Assembly: GCF_036321535.1 (NCBI RefSeq)
Contig: NC_087436.1
Span: 56,422,001 to 56,486,000, forward strand
Direction: 5' to 3'
From: Camelus dromedarius
Taxonomy: Eukaryota
DNA length: 64,000 bases
The notes below the pieces were generated by a model. That model did not search any database. It was not told the origin of the DNA and saw only the letters and a program-made list of their open reading frames with translations. Numbering within the stretch: the stretch's first letter is position 1; every line of letters begins with the position of its first letter. A program made the position numbers and the translations under genes. Of the stretch, positions 39,701-53,085 are shown piece after piece.

Positions 39701-40199
39701 CTTGTGACACATAAAAATGCCATCATACATCTAAGCTGAAACAAATGTTTAACAATTATATTTGCTATCTTAAAATAGGTAATTAAGACTGTCTTTCAAA
39801 TTCATAGCACAAATCTGAGAAACGTTCTTTACTTTGTCTTGATAAATAAAACAATGGTAAGAAGAGATATTAAGAGACTGTTCCAGCGAACTGAGACACC
39901 GATCACAGTTCTACAACGGATATTCAAAAAAAAATGATTCCTAAAAAAAATTTATGAAAACCACTTTGAAATTTAAAAACGGACTCTGAAATTCATCCCA
40001 TTCATTTTCTCTTCTAAGCATATATGAACCTTCTGAAGCAACTTCTGGGAAACAATTCATGTGCAAAATGTGAGTCTGTCAAGAGACCTCACACTCCCAC
40101 AAAAATGAATGAGTGAATGAATGAAAGCCAGCCAGCCAAGTTGCTCCCATTTTCACTCTTCACAAGAGAGATTTTCTGTTCACAAATCATGAGATCTTT

Positions 40200-40885
40200 C
40201 TTAAATGCTTTCTCTCAGGTCTCATATCCAATCCATTATATTAAGACCTGGTAGTACTAAATCCAAAATATATCCCAAACCAAACCACTTCTCACCACTT
40301 CCACTGCAAAAGCTTTAGACCAAGTTATGATCATGTATCTTGCAGAAACCTGTCTAGCAGACTCTTTAGTCTTCTGATTCCACTATGCCCAGCCACAGAC
40401 TTTCTCCACCCAGCAACCAAAGTAACATGCACAAAGTGTAAATCACATATAAAACTTTCAATTATAATCAAAACCACGTGCACTATGTGGCCTACATGAT
40501 TTGTCTGCTATCTGCTTCTTTGACCTCATTTCCTATCACTTTCCCCTTTGTCCGAAATATCCCACGAATGCTGCTTTTCTGCCTGCCCCTCAAACACAAC
40601 ACACTCACTTCCTTTCACAGTCCCTATACTCGTTCCTCTATCTTATTCTCATTACTTAGATTGCAGTTCCATGGCCATCCTAAGAAAAGTAACCACCAAC
40701 TTTTCTAACTATTTATCTCAATGTGGCTCGACAGTCTTTGTTTGTGTATTTGATGTCCACCTCCTCCTGAATATCAGCACTTTGGAAGCAGATACTCCAT
40801 CGTGTTCACTACACTATCCAAAGCATCAGTAACTGTGCCTGGTGCACAACTAGCACAATTGGTATTTATGGAATGAATGAAATAA
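40200..40885 (+). mobile_element. L2 LINE 3' end
   Basis: catatccaatccat...ccacttctcaccacttccactgc...tgtgcctggtgcacaa...tatttatggaatgaatgaa terminus. Confidence 0.8.
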
Positions 40886-41469
40886 ACTGGATGATCTGTG
40901 TTTGTATTGTACTTACAGATACAATAAACCCTTGTAAATCATGTTCTAGAATGGTTTGGACCACAGACTGAGTAACCAGGTGGGCAACCCTCACAGCAGC
41001 AGAGGCTGTGGGTTACAGAGGAAAGTACCAGGAGTGGACACACCTCTTCCAAATCCCAGGGGGCTTCTTAAGTTCTCCCTAGCACTGCCCTGGGAAGGAG
41101 GAGACAGCCAGTAGAATCCCAGAGGGTGTGGGGAACCCTGAAAGACACAGACCCGGCAGATACAATTTTAATCTGAAATGCAAGAAATATCTTCAGTTGT
41201 CAAGATCATCTGTCATCATGAAAGAGAAAAGGGAGTTTTCTAAAAGCAAGATCAAATAAATTAATATTACTTCTTCCTTTATAGGACAAAGAACATGCAG
41301 CGTGCAAATACAGACTCTAATACATTAGCTACTAGAGTCATTATTCAAGTAGCTAAGAGTGTTGGCCCCATGTGCTAAATTACACACAGATTCAGCAATT
41401 CTGAAATCAACAGTACTATTAAATAAGCAGTGTCATCTTGCTGGATTTTAAAATAGAATTTTTAGTATA

Positions 41470-41645
41470 GTCTAATGAAAAGTGCCTTGGACTAGGGGTC
41501 ACAGATTTCAGCTCTACTGCAATTAATACCTTTTAGCATCAGTTCTCGCTAGAAAACAGAAATCCTCTCATTCCTCATAATACCATCATACTGAATAAAT
41601 GACGTATCACATGTGAAAGCTTGTGACTTGCAACATACAGCACAT
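41470..41645 (+). mobile_element. MIR fragment
   Basis: gaaaagtgccttggactaggggtcacaga...cagctctactgc...catcagttctc. Confidence 0.55.
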
Positions 41646-42547
41646 TAGGACTTCTTGTAACATATACTTTCTCATTCATGTGTATAAGCATGCATATGTA
41701 TAAGATATTTTGTGTGAGAGGTCTGTTTCATTTGCGGCATATGTTTCAAAGCCAGAGATCCAGAAAACGTATTACACAAACACATATAAACACATTTTAA
41801 AAGTGAGTGTTGAAGGCTTGCCATCATTGCTTCTAGATCTGAAGTAAGTTCAAGGATCTCTGACATAAGAGTTGGAAAGAACACATAAATTGAAAACATT
41901 TTACCAAACTAGAAGTTTTGTTGGCAGGCATGTGCTTCATAGAAGGCAGAGGTCTCTGAGGAGAGGGAAGAAAGGTTAGGAGGAAAGTTGGGGGTGGGGG
42001 TTTAAACTGGAAACATGTTAGGTTTCATTTATTTTGAGCCCTATGGGCTTTTCATTGGAAGTGGGAAATACTCTCATATAAAGGAGAATACAGTTAGTGG
42101 CAACCTTACTGTAAGAAAGATACACTTACTGTGCTTATGGGAGTAAAGAAAGCCTTCAGGGTTTTTCTCAACTGTAACTTTACAGTATGATCCTACTGAG
42201 TCGTCTGCATTTACTCTGAGCTCCAAGACACCGCTGGTAACCCATAAAACAGCCCTTCCTGCAATAAGTCAGGTTGCTCTCCTTACCTCTGTCATAAGGA
42301 AAATGGACTTTAAATTAAATCTGACTCATTTAAACTAGCAACAGTAGTTTTATGGTATGTACTATTTTAATATCATTTTAATAAAATCCCATTTAGAACT
42401 CAATTCCCTATTTTTTTTATAAACTCAAATTTCACAAATTGCACTGATGCCACAGAAATGGACTTGTAAGTACATGTACTTATAAACATCACAGAAATAA
42501 AAATATTTTCCTGTCATCAAAACTCTGGACTGGGTGTATCATGTGAC

Positions 42548-42825
42548 TTTTTTTTTTTTAATTGAAGTATAGTTAACTTATGGTGGTGTGTGAGTCTCAG
42601 GTGTACAGCAAAGTGATTCAGTTATGCAAATACATGTACATATTCTTTTTCAGATTCTGCTTTTCCATTACAGGTTATTACAAAATACTGAATATAGTTC
42701 CCTGTGCTATACAGTAGGTTCTTGTTGTTTATCAATTTTATATATAGTAATGTGTATATGTTAATCCCAAACACCTAATTTATCCCTCCTCCCACTCCAG
42801 CTTTCCTCTATGGAAACCATGAATT
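42548..42825 (-). mobile_element. Young 5'-truncated L1 3' end (cetartiodactyl-type)
   Basis: Poly-T then aattgaagtatagtt...ggtgtacagcaaagtgattcagtta...aatatagttccctgtgctatacagtagg; TSD tgtgacttttt on both sides (42542 and 42826). Confidence 0.92.
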
Positions 42826-44306
42826 TGTGACTTTTTAAAGAATAAATAGCAAAGGTCACCTAGGTCTTCAAGATAATTTCCTACAATTTCATATTTTGTC
42901 TTGAATATTGAATACCTGCCAAAATTCATAGAAAAAAACTCTGATAAAAACTTATATATGATTTCTAATATCATTCTAGAAGAAGCACAGTCTAATAGAA
43001 TTTGAGAAATGCTGATTAAGGCAGTTACTTCATCTGTGTGGTTAGAAAACAACTGTTTTGGAACACTTACCAGTAACAGTGTACAAAAAGAGATTTTCTA
43101 ACAGCCACTACCTAAGACTTGCTTCCAAATGGGGAGTTTTCGTATTTTCTTTCCAGTAAAACAAAGTGGCCCTTTAACAACCATATGGCCCTGTACTCTA
43201 AAAGAAGTTTCATTCAGCATCTATTTTTACACACAGGTTTCCTTATAAAATATACTACAGCTCCCAAGCTGAATGAGCCTCCGTGTTTCTGCAAAGTCTC
43301 CTGCCACCTAACAAGCTCCCTACAGCACTGCTGGCCACAGTGCCCGTCCTATTTCTTCTCTCCCAGGGTCTAAGACATAAAAATTTACTGAACTGTTTTT
43401 CAACAAGTTACTTCTCATTTATTTAGAAAGCTATTTTGGGGAATATATATGTTAACAGAAATCTTTCTCACTTTTTATACACTCAATATGCATTAACTTT
43501 TCTGCTGAGCTCTTTAAATATAATGTGCTTTACCAATAATACCTGAAAATAGACCAGTTCAAAAAGCAAACATCCCTATTTCAGCCAATATTCACACAGC
43601 ACTAACAATATTAATTTTAAGTTTCTTAGGGACAGTGGTGGGTTCAGAAATATTTTATGCTCCATCACTTACATATGCACTATATATTGCATGTATAAGG
43701 ATATTACCTAATTTTTAAATTTTGACATAGTGTGTCTGCCTTATTATATATGGAAGTCAGTACAAACTAATTTAGAGACTTTAAGAAGACCAGTGATGGA
43801 TACCAGAATGCCAAAAACGGCATTTGGTCCAGGCTATTCAGCATATATTTAGTTGTATTAATGTTATGAAAGGCAGATACTGAGCAGACGAAAGGTGAAC
43901 TGTTTCATCTGGGATCCAGTTACTGTTTTCATCGTAAATCAAATACTCAATTTAAATATTAGATACTGACCATAGGTTAACAAAAAATCATGTATGAATA
44001 AAAGATGAGGACAAATTTTTCCAATCAGATGAACTGTGGCCTGAATTGAGCTACTGGGTTAAAATCCTCTTGGAACTCTCTAACATGTACGTAGGTACTC
44101 CACACCAAGGAAATCACACGGGCCTCATAAACACAACAGCATGTAATATGGCACCAAACATCATACTGGTCACACTGTATTCCTTCTAAGTCAAGTAAAT
44201 ACTTTCTTCAATTTTGAATTTATATTCAGTTAAAAACTCAAAGAGAAATCTATAAAGAATTTTAACTGCTATTTCCCATATTTCAGACTATTTCCCCTGA
44301 GTCACA

Positions 44307-44475
44307 TTTTTCTCCAGTTTTCTTTAGAAATTATCGACATAACACTATTAGTTTAAGGTGTACAGCATAAGGATTTGTTATATACATTGCTACATGATGA
44401 CTACATTTTAGCTAACCATTTAGTTTACATTATTTTAGTTAACAATCATCATCTCACATAGCGAGTTTTTTCATT
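44307..44475 (-). mobile_element. Short L1 (L1MA-like) 3' terminus
   Basis: gacataacactattagtttaaggtgtacagcata...gttaacaatcatcatctcacatag. Confidence 0.7.
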
Positions 44476-44677
44476 CCTGCAGGATGCAAACTACAATATG
44501 AAAGGGAGAGGAAAAAAAATTAGGAAGCTGCTCTATTTATCAGTCAACCCCATACCTGCCTAACTACGTATAACTGTTTCCTTAATTGTATAGCATTTCT
44601 TCACAAAATCTCCATCATCTTCACAATCCACTGATTATAAATGTGAGTGTTTCAACAGTAGAAGGCATCATTACTGG

Positions 44678-44876
44678 GGCAGATTTCTCAATCCCCAAAA
44701 TCCTAACACTTGGGGCCACATAATTCTTTTTTGTGGGGGACTGTCCTGTGCATTTTAGGATGTCTAGCAGCATCCATCATTTCTACTCACTGGATGCCAG
44801 TAGTACCCCTTCCTAGTGGTAAAAATTCAAAATGTCTCCTGACATTGCCAAAACTAATCCTGGGTTGAGAACCAAA
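44678..44876 (-). mobile_element. MER20 (hAT-Charlie) MITE
   Basis: ggccacataattcttttttgtgggggactgtcctgtgcattttaggatgtctagcagcatcc...gatgccagtag...aaatgtctcctgacattgccaaa...ggttgagaacca. Confidence 0.9.
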
Positions 44877-45342
44877 GATACAGATTTTCATTATAATGTA
44901 AATTTAAATTAGGTCAAGATTCTCTGATGAAGCACAAACATATTATAATAAAACTTCATTATTACATATGAAAACTCTAAATATATAATTAACATCCAAG
45001 TTTATATAAATCTATACTTTTATCTGAAATAACACTCAAATTAAATTTTATCAAGGTACTCATAGCAAAAGTAACTGTTTCTGATTTTTCAAAAAAATCA
45101 CTCAATTGAAATGCCTCCTTTTACCATAAGGAAGATTTATTTTGGTTTTGGTCTGGCCCAAAATGGCTAGAAGTATGTACAGGAAGTTTTATCTGAAATA
45201 TGAACATGGACCAAGTCTTACAAACTGGCCCTGGTGCTACTTCCTGTCATAGCTCCTGTTTGTTTACACTGGAGTTCTTATAAATTGGGTGTTATTTCCT
45301 TTTCACGAAGTTTCAAGGTATTAACAGCCAAGGAGGTGTTTT

Positions 45343-45365
45343 TTGTTGTTGTTGTTGTTGTTGTT
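45343..45365. repeat. (TTG)n microsatellite
   Basis: About 7 TTG units. Confidence 0.9.
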
Positions 45366-46514
45366 TCTTTAACTTCTTCCTCCCTCTTTTTCTCCCACTT
45401 CCCCCAAATAAATAATGCATTGCTTGGAACCCAACTTGAAGACTGGTCCCCAAACTTCAAAACTATTACGAATTTATTTTACCTAAACCTACCTTTGTAC
45501 TTGAAAGCATAACCATCTCTTTAAAATGGAAATGAGCAAAATATGCATCTGCTAGTAGGTACCTACTCTCCAACAGAATCATTTATCTAGTCATTTCACA
45601 GCTAAAACTTGCAAATTCTTAAGTAAATCAGTTCCATTTATTTTGACTTCCTGCCTAGGCTCTTCCTTCCAGAGAAAACATTACTCTAATATTTTCATCC
45701 GTTAAGTACTTTTAAAATTAAATGTTCCTATTTAAACAAAATTTCTCATCCTCACTCAAAAAAAAAAAAAAAAGGCAGAATTAAAGGAAGCACAGATTTC
45801 TTTTATGTCTCTGGATAGTTACCTAGTTTTAAAGAAGCACATGGTACGTACATTAGTGACTTCCATTGGTAAGAGCTGAATAACAAAAATGGTCAAACAA
45901 CTGGCTTTGTATGCAATCTGCAGCAGTGTCTCACAACTGCAAAACTGTCCTTGCCCAGTGAACTTCCAGTGAAGAAAGCTGTTGAAAGTTTATGCACCCC
46001 AAATGCACATTCATTATAATTAAACAAGAAGATTACACATTGCTGACAAGGATTATCAAAGTAAAACGGCACCACCTGCCCCTTGCTCTCCCATTAATTA
46101 GTACAGAGTCCGAGGTGCCAATTAACAAGAAGCAGAAAAGGATCAGTAAACACAGCTCCAGCTGAACTTGAAGATTAACTCTTCCAGTTCAGGGCCCATT
46201 TCTTACCCACTATGTTGATTTGTCGATACAAGCCAAAATCAAATCCTGGGGTTTTGCTGTTGTTGTTGTTGTTATTATTCTAGAAAAACGGTATGATTAA
46301 AAGACAATTCAGCTGTATAAAATAACTCCCAAAATAGCTGCCCCAAAAGTTTATATAATTCCACGAACAAGGAGCCATTCAATATTTCAGAGGCGCAGAA
46401 TACTAAATAATCCAGGTAATCCCAGTGACTAAAATACTTTCACATTATAAATTACAAATCTGTAGTAGTTAATATTAACTCTGAGAAACAACTAGAGTAC
46501 TGTATGGTTAGTAG

Positions 46515-47100
46515 TGACTAGCCCGCCCGCCTGCCCCCTGCTACTAAATAGCACTTTACAGGCCTGAGACCAGAATTTTTTTTAAAGTGAGTAAATGGCT
46601 TCATTATTGGTTTTATAGAACTATTATTAGTTACTTTTAAATTTAACCATTCACTCCTTTTAAAAATACTTTCCAAAAACAATATAGGTATTTCCATACA
46701 ATTCCCAACTTGATCCATAACTTCTCTGCAGACAGTATTATTATTCTGGAAACCTAAAAATATTTCTTCAGAAAAAAAAAAAAAAAGCACTGTAAATCCA
46801 AATTATCAATAGAAATAAAATGCAAATTTCACTACATTGTCACATGTACAGAAGTGCCACACTCCGCAAGCCTAAGGCCCCGGAACTCTCTTTGCAAAGA
46901 ACCTGCGTGTACCTCCTTCGGATGGCCAAGAGCCATCAGTTACTGGCCATCCGAGACAGAGTTCGGACAAGAGGGCTGAGATGTCCACACACGAGCAAGG
47001 TAAGTCCCCCGTGGCGCAGTGGGCACGGGGAACAAGGGTGGTGGGCCACGGGTCCTCTCTCCCAAGGCAGCAGGAGTTTAACACGAAATTCTGGTAATTC
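46515..47100. promoter_or_regulatory. Candidate intronic regulatory element (GC box, CTCF-like motif, CpG-enriched patch)
   Basis: gcccgccc (46521) next to ctgccccctgctac; CpG-enriched non-repeat stretch 46860-47085 with a + strand consensus donor AAG|gtaagt at 46999/47000. Confidence 0.4.
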
Positions 47101-48277
47101 TGAGAGCTCTACATTGAAACCAGGCCTTGCAACTTGTTTCATTTGAAAAACTCAAAAGAGCAATGTTGCCAGAGAGGGACACTTCTTGCACGGCTTGCTG
47201 AAGATTGAAGAGGAACTCTTCAGACTCCTCCCTTGGGCATTTATTTGAAGTCTTGGACAGTGAGCTTAAGGAAACAGCACAAGGTAGATTAGCAACTGTA
47301 GGTGGGGTTGAAAGAGCCTCCTCTCATAGAAGGTAAGAGAGAGTGAACGTTTTCTCTGGATTTGTCAAAAGTTTGGAAGAAGAGGCTAGAAGAACAAAAA
47401 ACGAGATAAATGTTCTTAGTCTATCCTTCTCTTGTCTAGTAAATGCTGCTGGGTCTCCCTAGAATAAACCACAGTCCTTGGTGGAAAGATAATCATTTCA
47501 AATTTGTGCTATGTACAGTTACTTGGCATAAACTGTTGCTTTACATATATTTTCCTAATTGTTGGTTAAATGACAAATTTGTCAGAGCGTGAGAATAAAC
47601 ATTTTACTTAACAGGGTGTTAATGTATTAACTTTTAAACATTTTAACACGATATGTAGTTCTCTATTCATCCTCTTGCTGTGGGCCCTGCAAAAATCAGA
47701 GGAAAGCTCTGAAAAACACTGTAAATACCTTGATAAAACCTTCCATCTTTTTCTCATGCTATTCTTGTCTCTTATCCCTACTATCTGTACATAACTACAT
47801 ATATACAAAATATCACAAAGATATATACCTCTTCCATACTTTCAAATATGCCAGCAAGAAAGGGGAGTGAAAAAATGAAATACTTGTCCAAATATTAGTC
47901 AATCTATGCCATAGTAACAAATGACAAAAACATGAAAACCAACCACCGGCTACATCTTCATATCCATAAAGTTGAAGATGACAGGAAAGAAGAAACCAAA
48001 TATTGAATGACTTTACTAAAATTAGGGAAATAAAAAGGGTAACAAATACATGGATCTGCCTTTAGAGGAGCTTTAAAATAAGCAGGGGACAGATTCTTTA
48101 CTTGAAGTAACTCCCACCACCTAGCCAGGTATCTGGAGGATAGAAGGGACACAATAACTGTGTGTTGAATCCATCAATAGATGAAAAAATGAAGTGGTAA
48201 CAATTCTACTGAGACAACACTAATATGTTAAGCAGTATCACTTGGCACAGAGGCCCACTCTAACCCGGACTCGAGAG

Positions 48278-49678
48278 CAGTATCCCCAGACTTTTTGGTC
48301 TCAGGAGTTTTTCATATTCTTAAGAAATATTAAGGATCCCAAAGAACTTTGGTTTATGTTTATTTTTGTTTATGTATGTTTTGTGGTTTATTTATTTACC
48401 ATATTAGAAATGAAAACAGACATTTATAAAATATTCATTAATTCATTTTAAAATAAAAGAAACAAATCTATTATATGTTACCATAAATATTTTCATGGAA
48501 AATAACCACATTTCTTCAAATAATAATTTGGTGAGAGGTGTCTGGCTTAACAGAAGATAGATTCTCAACTCTGCTGCTGCATTCAATATGCTGGGATAAG
48601 TTCTTGTGGTTGAAGTCTATGAAGACAATCCAGTCCCTCACAGATAAAGAGAACTGAAAACAGGGGAAATACTTGAAAAGTCTTTTCAGATATTGTGGAT
48701 ATTCTTCCTTGATACTACACCAAAACTCAACATGGAGTAGTTTCTGAAAGTTTAGCTGCAATGTAGAATCTGAACCATCACAATGAAATATTTGTATTCT
48801 TTTAACTTGAAACCAATTCTACTACCTTGCACTTTGAGTGGGTCTTTCATCCATGCGTAGTTTTATAACATTATACATTGATCCTTTCGAAAATATCCGT
48901 TCATTGGTTCAAGCAGAATTTGCAAATGTTAACATATTTCCTTATACAATAATAAAAAAAATCACATCTGTTAATATCAGAACCAGATCATCCAAAAAAT
49001 TTAAATATTTATACACTCAAGCTCACGGTGGCAATTCAAGTTTTCCAACATTTTGAGTTTTTATTTGAATTTTCACCTGAAAGCTCAAATTTGACCAGCA
49101 GTATAAATACTGTCCATTGTTTTCCTTGATAGGCTCACTTTATTATTTTCAAGAAAATGTCCACCAAGTATCCAAGTCTAAATTGCCAGTCTGTCAGTCA
49201 CTCTTTCAACTTCAAATGACGACTCATTAAAAAGGAACTAGTTTGGCAACAATTTGTCGAGGAAAACCATCGTCCTTCAGTATGCAGCAGCAGGACAAGC
49301 ACACTTCCACCTCATCACAAAGAATATTAAAGTAAGGCATGCACTCGTGCTGAGACTTAATGAAGTGATAATTTCCACTACTTTTATCAAGGACATTTTT
49401 TTAAGTTAAATGTCCATTTTTTGTTTTTCTTATTCTAGGGTCTGGCAGTGAAAAACACAATGGTGAATTGTCAGTCTGCTGCCACTACCTTGGTTGGTGC
49501 TGAGATGCCAACAGTTTTCCCTACGATTGGTTCTGAACCATGGGAGCAAGGGTCAGCACAGTGAAAAAGGCAAGTAACATCTTGGTATTTTTATGGAAAT
49601 AGTTTTGAATTCACTAATGCCCTCAAAGGTCCTTGGAGACCTCCCAGGGGCTCACGGAGCACACTTTGAGGGCCGCTG
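48278..49678 (-). mobile_element. Charlie1a-like hAT DNA transposon (about 1.4 kb, non-autonomous)
   Basis: Ends cagtatccccagactttttggtctcagga...ggatcccaaagaactt and cagcacagtgaaaaaggcaagtaacatctt...gaaatagttttga...ccaggggctcacggagcacactttgagggccgctg match recalled Charlie1 termini. Confidence 0.85.
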
Positions 49679-51260
49679 TTCCAGCCACCCCTTCTCTTCA
49701 CCTATCAGGGAGCCCATAGGGACAAATGAGCATCCCCCTGCCCCGCCCCACACCCCACAGCCCTCCTGGATGATGCTCAACGCAGGACAAAACCGTTTGT
49801 TCTTAGCAGAGTATCTTAATAACGAGTATTTGGGGGAAAAATCATTGGGAAACACTGATGTTTCCAAAAAAGGTATCAGTACTGAAATCAGGAGATCTGA
49901 GTACTATTTAAGCCTGGTAATAAAAAATCTACAGTTCTGATCACTAAACTTCCAGGAACCCATTTTATGTGTAAAATATTTAAAGATGCCCCTTTTAGAA
50001 TGCTGATGTTATGAAATGGGATAAATGAGCCAGTATGATCTTACCCTGCATAAAACAGAATTCATTCATCCCCAAACTGTATTCCACAGTCAGGTTAATG
50101 ATCTTTCTTTCTTTATAAACTGCAAATACAAATTGTAGAGGAATTTAACTCAACTAACTGAATATTAGCTGGAGGATAATATTAAAATTAGGATAATATT
50201 AAAATTTAAATAGCTTCATCAAGTTAATATTATAGGTGAGCTGTGTTTTCATTGTTTTTTAAATAATGGTAGGTGAATCCCAGGAAAGATTGTCTTTATC
50301 AACTTAGCTATTCTTAACTGCCTTGAATCTACATTTCTTGGGTGAATTCTACCAACTGTTAGATAGTCCAGCTTCTGAATATGGATGCTGACGTAACATT
50401 TGCTGAATTAGCAAATATTTATACTCATCACAGAATTCAGAATTAGAAGAGACTTTAGAGTTCATTTAGTAACAGAAATGTGCCAAATATGTTGCCATTC
50501 TTCCTTGCTCTCTCAACTATTGCAGAATCATTCACTCATCTAATAAATATTTACTTAGTACTTACAGCCTGTCAGGCACCATTCTAAATTCCAGACATTG
50601 CAATATATAAAACAGAGTCCTTAGTCTAATTTCTCACTATATATTTTTTTCTACTGACACAGATGTAGCCTCAGAATCCTAAAAACTGCATGAAGGAATC
50701 ACTACTCATGTAAAAGTTGCCACCCAGATCCAATTAAGTATCTTTATTTTAGGCTTATAAAGCATCTGACATGATGCTAGATGTTACAGGAGATCCCAAA
50801 GAAATAAAAGATAATAGTTTCCACAGAGGAACTATAATATAATTAGGTAAGGTAATATATAATATAAATAGTATGATAAAAATGCCGATTTTATAACATA
50901 AAAGAACAAGTACAATGTACATCTAGACTTCAATGTAGGTTGATGACATCCAACAGTATCTTTTTTCTAATTCATTATCTCTTAACCCTTACTTTCTTCT
51001 ACACCCACGTATGAGTAGCACTGGTTCAGAAGTTTTACATGTTCTAATTTCTTTAATCATCTTTAAGAACCGTTCACTACCCTGCATATAGAAAAAAAGA
51101 ACATGCAAATCCTGAGAAGCAGGGTAGCCTCTGTACCAAATGTTTTCTCATGCAAGTCAGCCTTTTCCACAGCACAAATAGCTGGCCTGGTGCAGCGTCT
51201 CTGCATGGGGTGGGCTTTGTCATTTGTGAAGCCTATTCACGTGGGTCCTTTAGTACTCAC

Positions 51261-51266
51261 CCGTAC
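51261..51266 (-). CDS. 6-nt microexon candidate GTACGG
   Basis: tttgcttccttggctgacttacag|GTACGG|gtgagt; upstream UGC; two downstream TGCATG (51149-51154, 51102-51107); repeat-free flanks. Confidence 0.55.
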
Positions 51267-52610
51267 CTGTAAGTCAGCCAAGGAAGCAAATGTCCATGTT
51301 TTCTCAAAGGAAAAATCAGATAAAAGTAATGTTATCCAAAATAAAATCAGTTGGAGGAAATACATGAGTAACTAGTCTTGCAGGGTTCAAACTAGAAAAT
51401 TAACTATAAAAACAAACTGCTATGACTTTTACATAATCAAACTGGACAGATACAGACTTGTTTGGTGGGAAAAGAACTTTCGAAAGTTAGATTTATTAAA
51501 TCTGCTTCTCTATGTTGTATATCCTCCTAATTCACCTTAAAGACTGTGCAGGGTTTTCAGCGGAAGAATTAGTGAACCAGTTACTTGATGAAAAAGTTGT
51601 ATAATGTTTTAACACAGACAAAGATTTAAAAATAACAACACAAATCTCCCTTTAAAAAACTGATTTCACATTTTCAATATTATTATAAAGTTTATCTTCC
51701 AGGAACTCTCTTAAAAATGCTTTCTTACTTATTTATGATAGGCCCCTATTTGTTTTTGAGAGACAGCATTACTAACCCAAACCGTGTTAATTACTAAGAA
51801 ACTTGTTCCTTAGAAATTTTGCTCTTTCCTCCAAGTACCATTGTGTTATAACGTCTTTGTATAAATACTTGTAATTTGGCCTGTGTTATAAAAGTGTATG
51901 TTTAAGATGTAGTAAATGAAGGACAGATGTTTAAAACACTGGGTTCACAATGAAGTTGTAAATACCACTAGCACAGTAAATTCTGTGATTAATTTTAGTC
52001 TGTTTATGCAATAAGGATATTTACACAGCTGGAAAACACCAAAAATAACTGTCTTATGTAATATTAATTCAAATCAATACTAATTAGAAGCAGCAGAGGT
52101 ACAATCATATCAACATATCTAAAAGCTAGGTTAGTATTTACACTGAAGACTAGAAATAAGCCAAATATATCAAGAATCAATTACTCTTGGACTAATAACA
52201 CTATAAATTATTCAGATAATTCACAACTTAGTCACCTGTGATCTTGGACAAATTAATGCCTTTCTCCTTCTGTCTAAAAACATACATCTTCACCTGAACA
52301 GACCTAATGTTCTGAACATATTTTATCATCCAAACACAGACTTCTTTAGTTGATCCTTTAATTCCTCAATGTTCTAACATATTCATGGGAATAGTTATTC
52401 AAATCTCTTCATGAAACCATGCATTTTAACTCAGTGTGTTAAGAACAAAATAGTAGGATTTTATTTTTTCATTTTTCAATGGCTAATGAACTTAAAAGGT
52501 ATCAATCAGGGACATTTCAAAATGAGGCACCTGCACATAAAATTTATGACTAAATATGTCCATTTTGTATTTATCATTGATGTCGTAAGTTGAATACATG
52601 AGACAAATAG

Positions 52611-53085
52611 GGTAGTCATCACCCATTATCCATTCTTCCCTGGCAACAGAATCTTGGTTTTTGAGGGTAGCAATATACCCAGCTAGAAGACCACAATGTG
52701 GTCATTTGATTAAAAGCCGGCCATGAAATGTAACCAGAGTTGGGAATCTTGATTTGCTGCTCACAGGAAGGTACTTAACTAAATGGTTTGTCCATATGAT
52801 CTGTTCCTCACTTCTGTCTCTTTCTTGTTGCCTAGAAATTGGACATGACAGCTAGAATGACAATACTCACCAAGGACCAAAACGTGTCTTTGGAGATGTA
52901 AGTCACATACTTGGTTGGTAAATAGGAAATAAAGAGATAAATCTTTGATTCTATGGAACTGCCATATCCTACCTGGACTGCCTGCCTTTGGACTTCTTTA
53001 TATGAAAGAGAAGTAAACTTCTCCTTTTCTACCATTATTTCCAGTACCTGTTAATTGCATCCAAACACAATTCATAAATGATAGA
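52611..53085 (+). mobile_element. MLT1 (MLT1J-like) MaLR solo LTR
   Basis: cttccctggcaacagaatc...cctggactgcctgcctttggacttctttatatgaaagagaagtaaactt...ttgcatccaaacacaattcataaatgata. Confidence 0.8.

Noticed and set aside
43065..43115. Strong minus-strand donor CTG|gtaagt
   Set aside because: No polypyrimidine tract or promoter-like context upstream
46201..46260. Minus-strand donor TGG|gtaaga with a nearby AG
   Set aside because: Acceptor region is an (AAC)n purine-rich repeat, not a usable 3' splice site
48278..49678. Possible domesticated hAT transposase
   Set aside because: Internally deleted Charlie element with no long ORF
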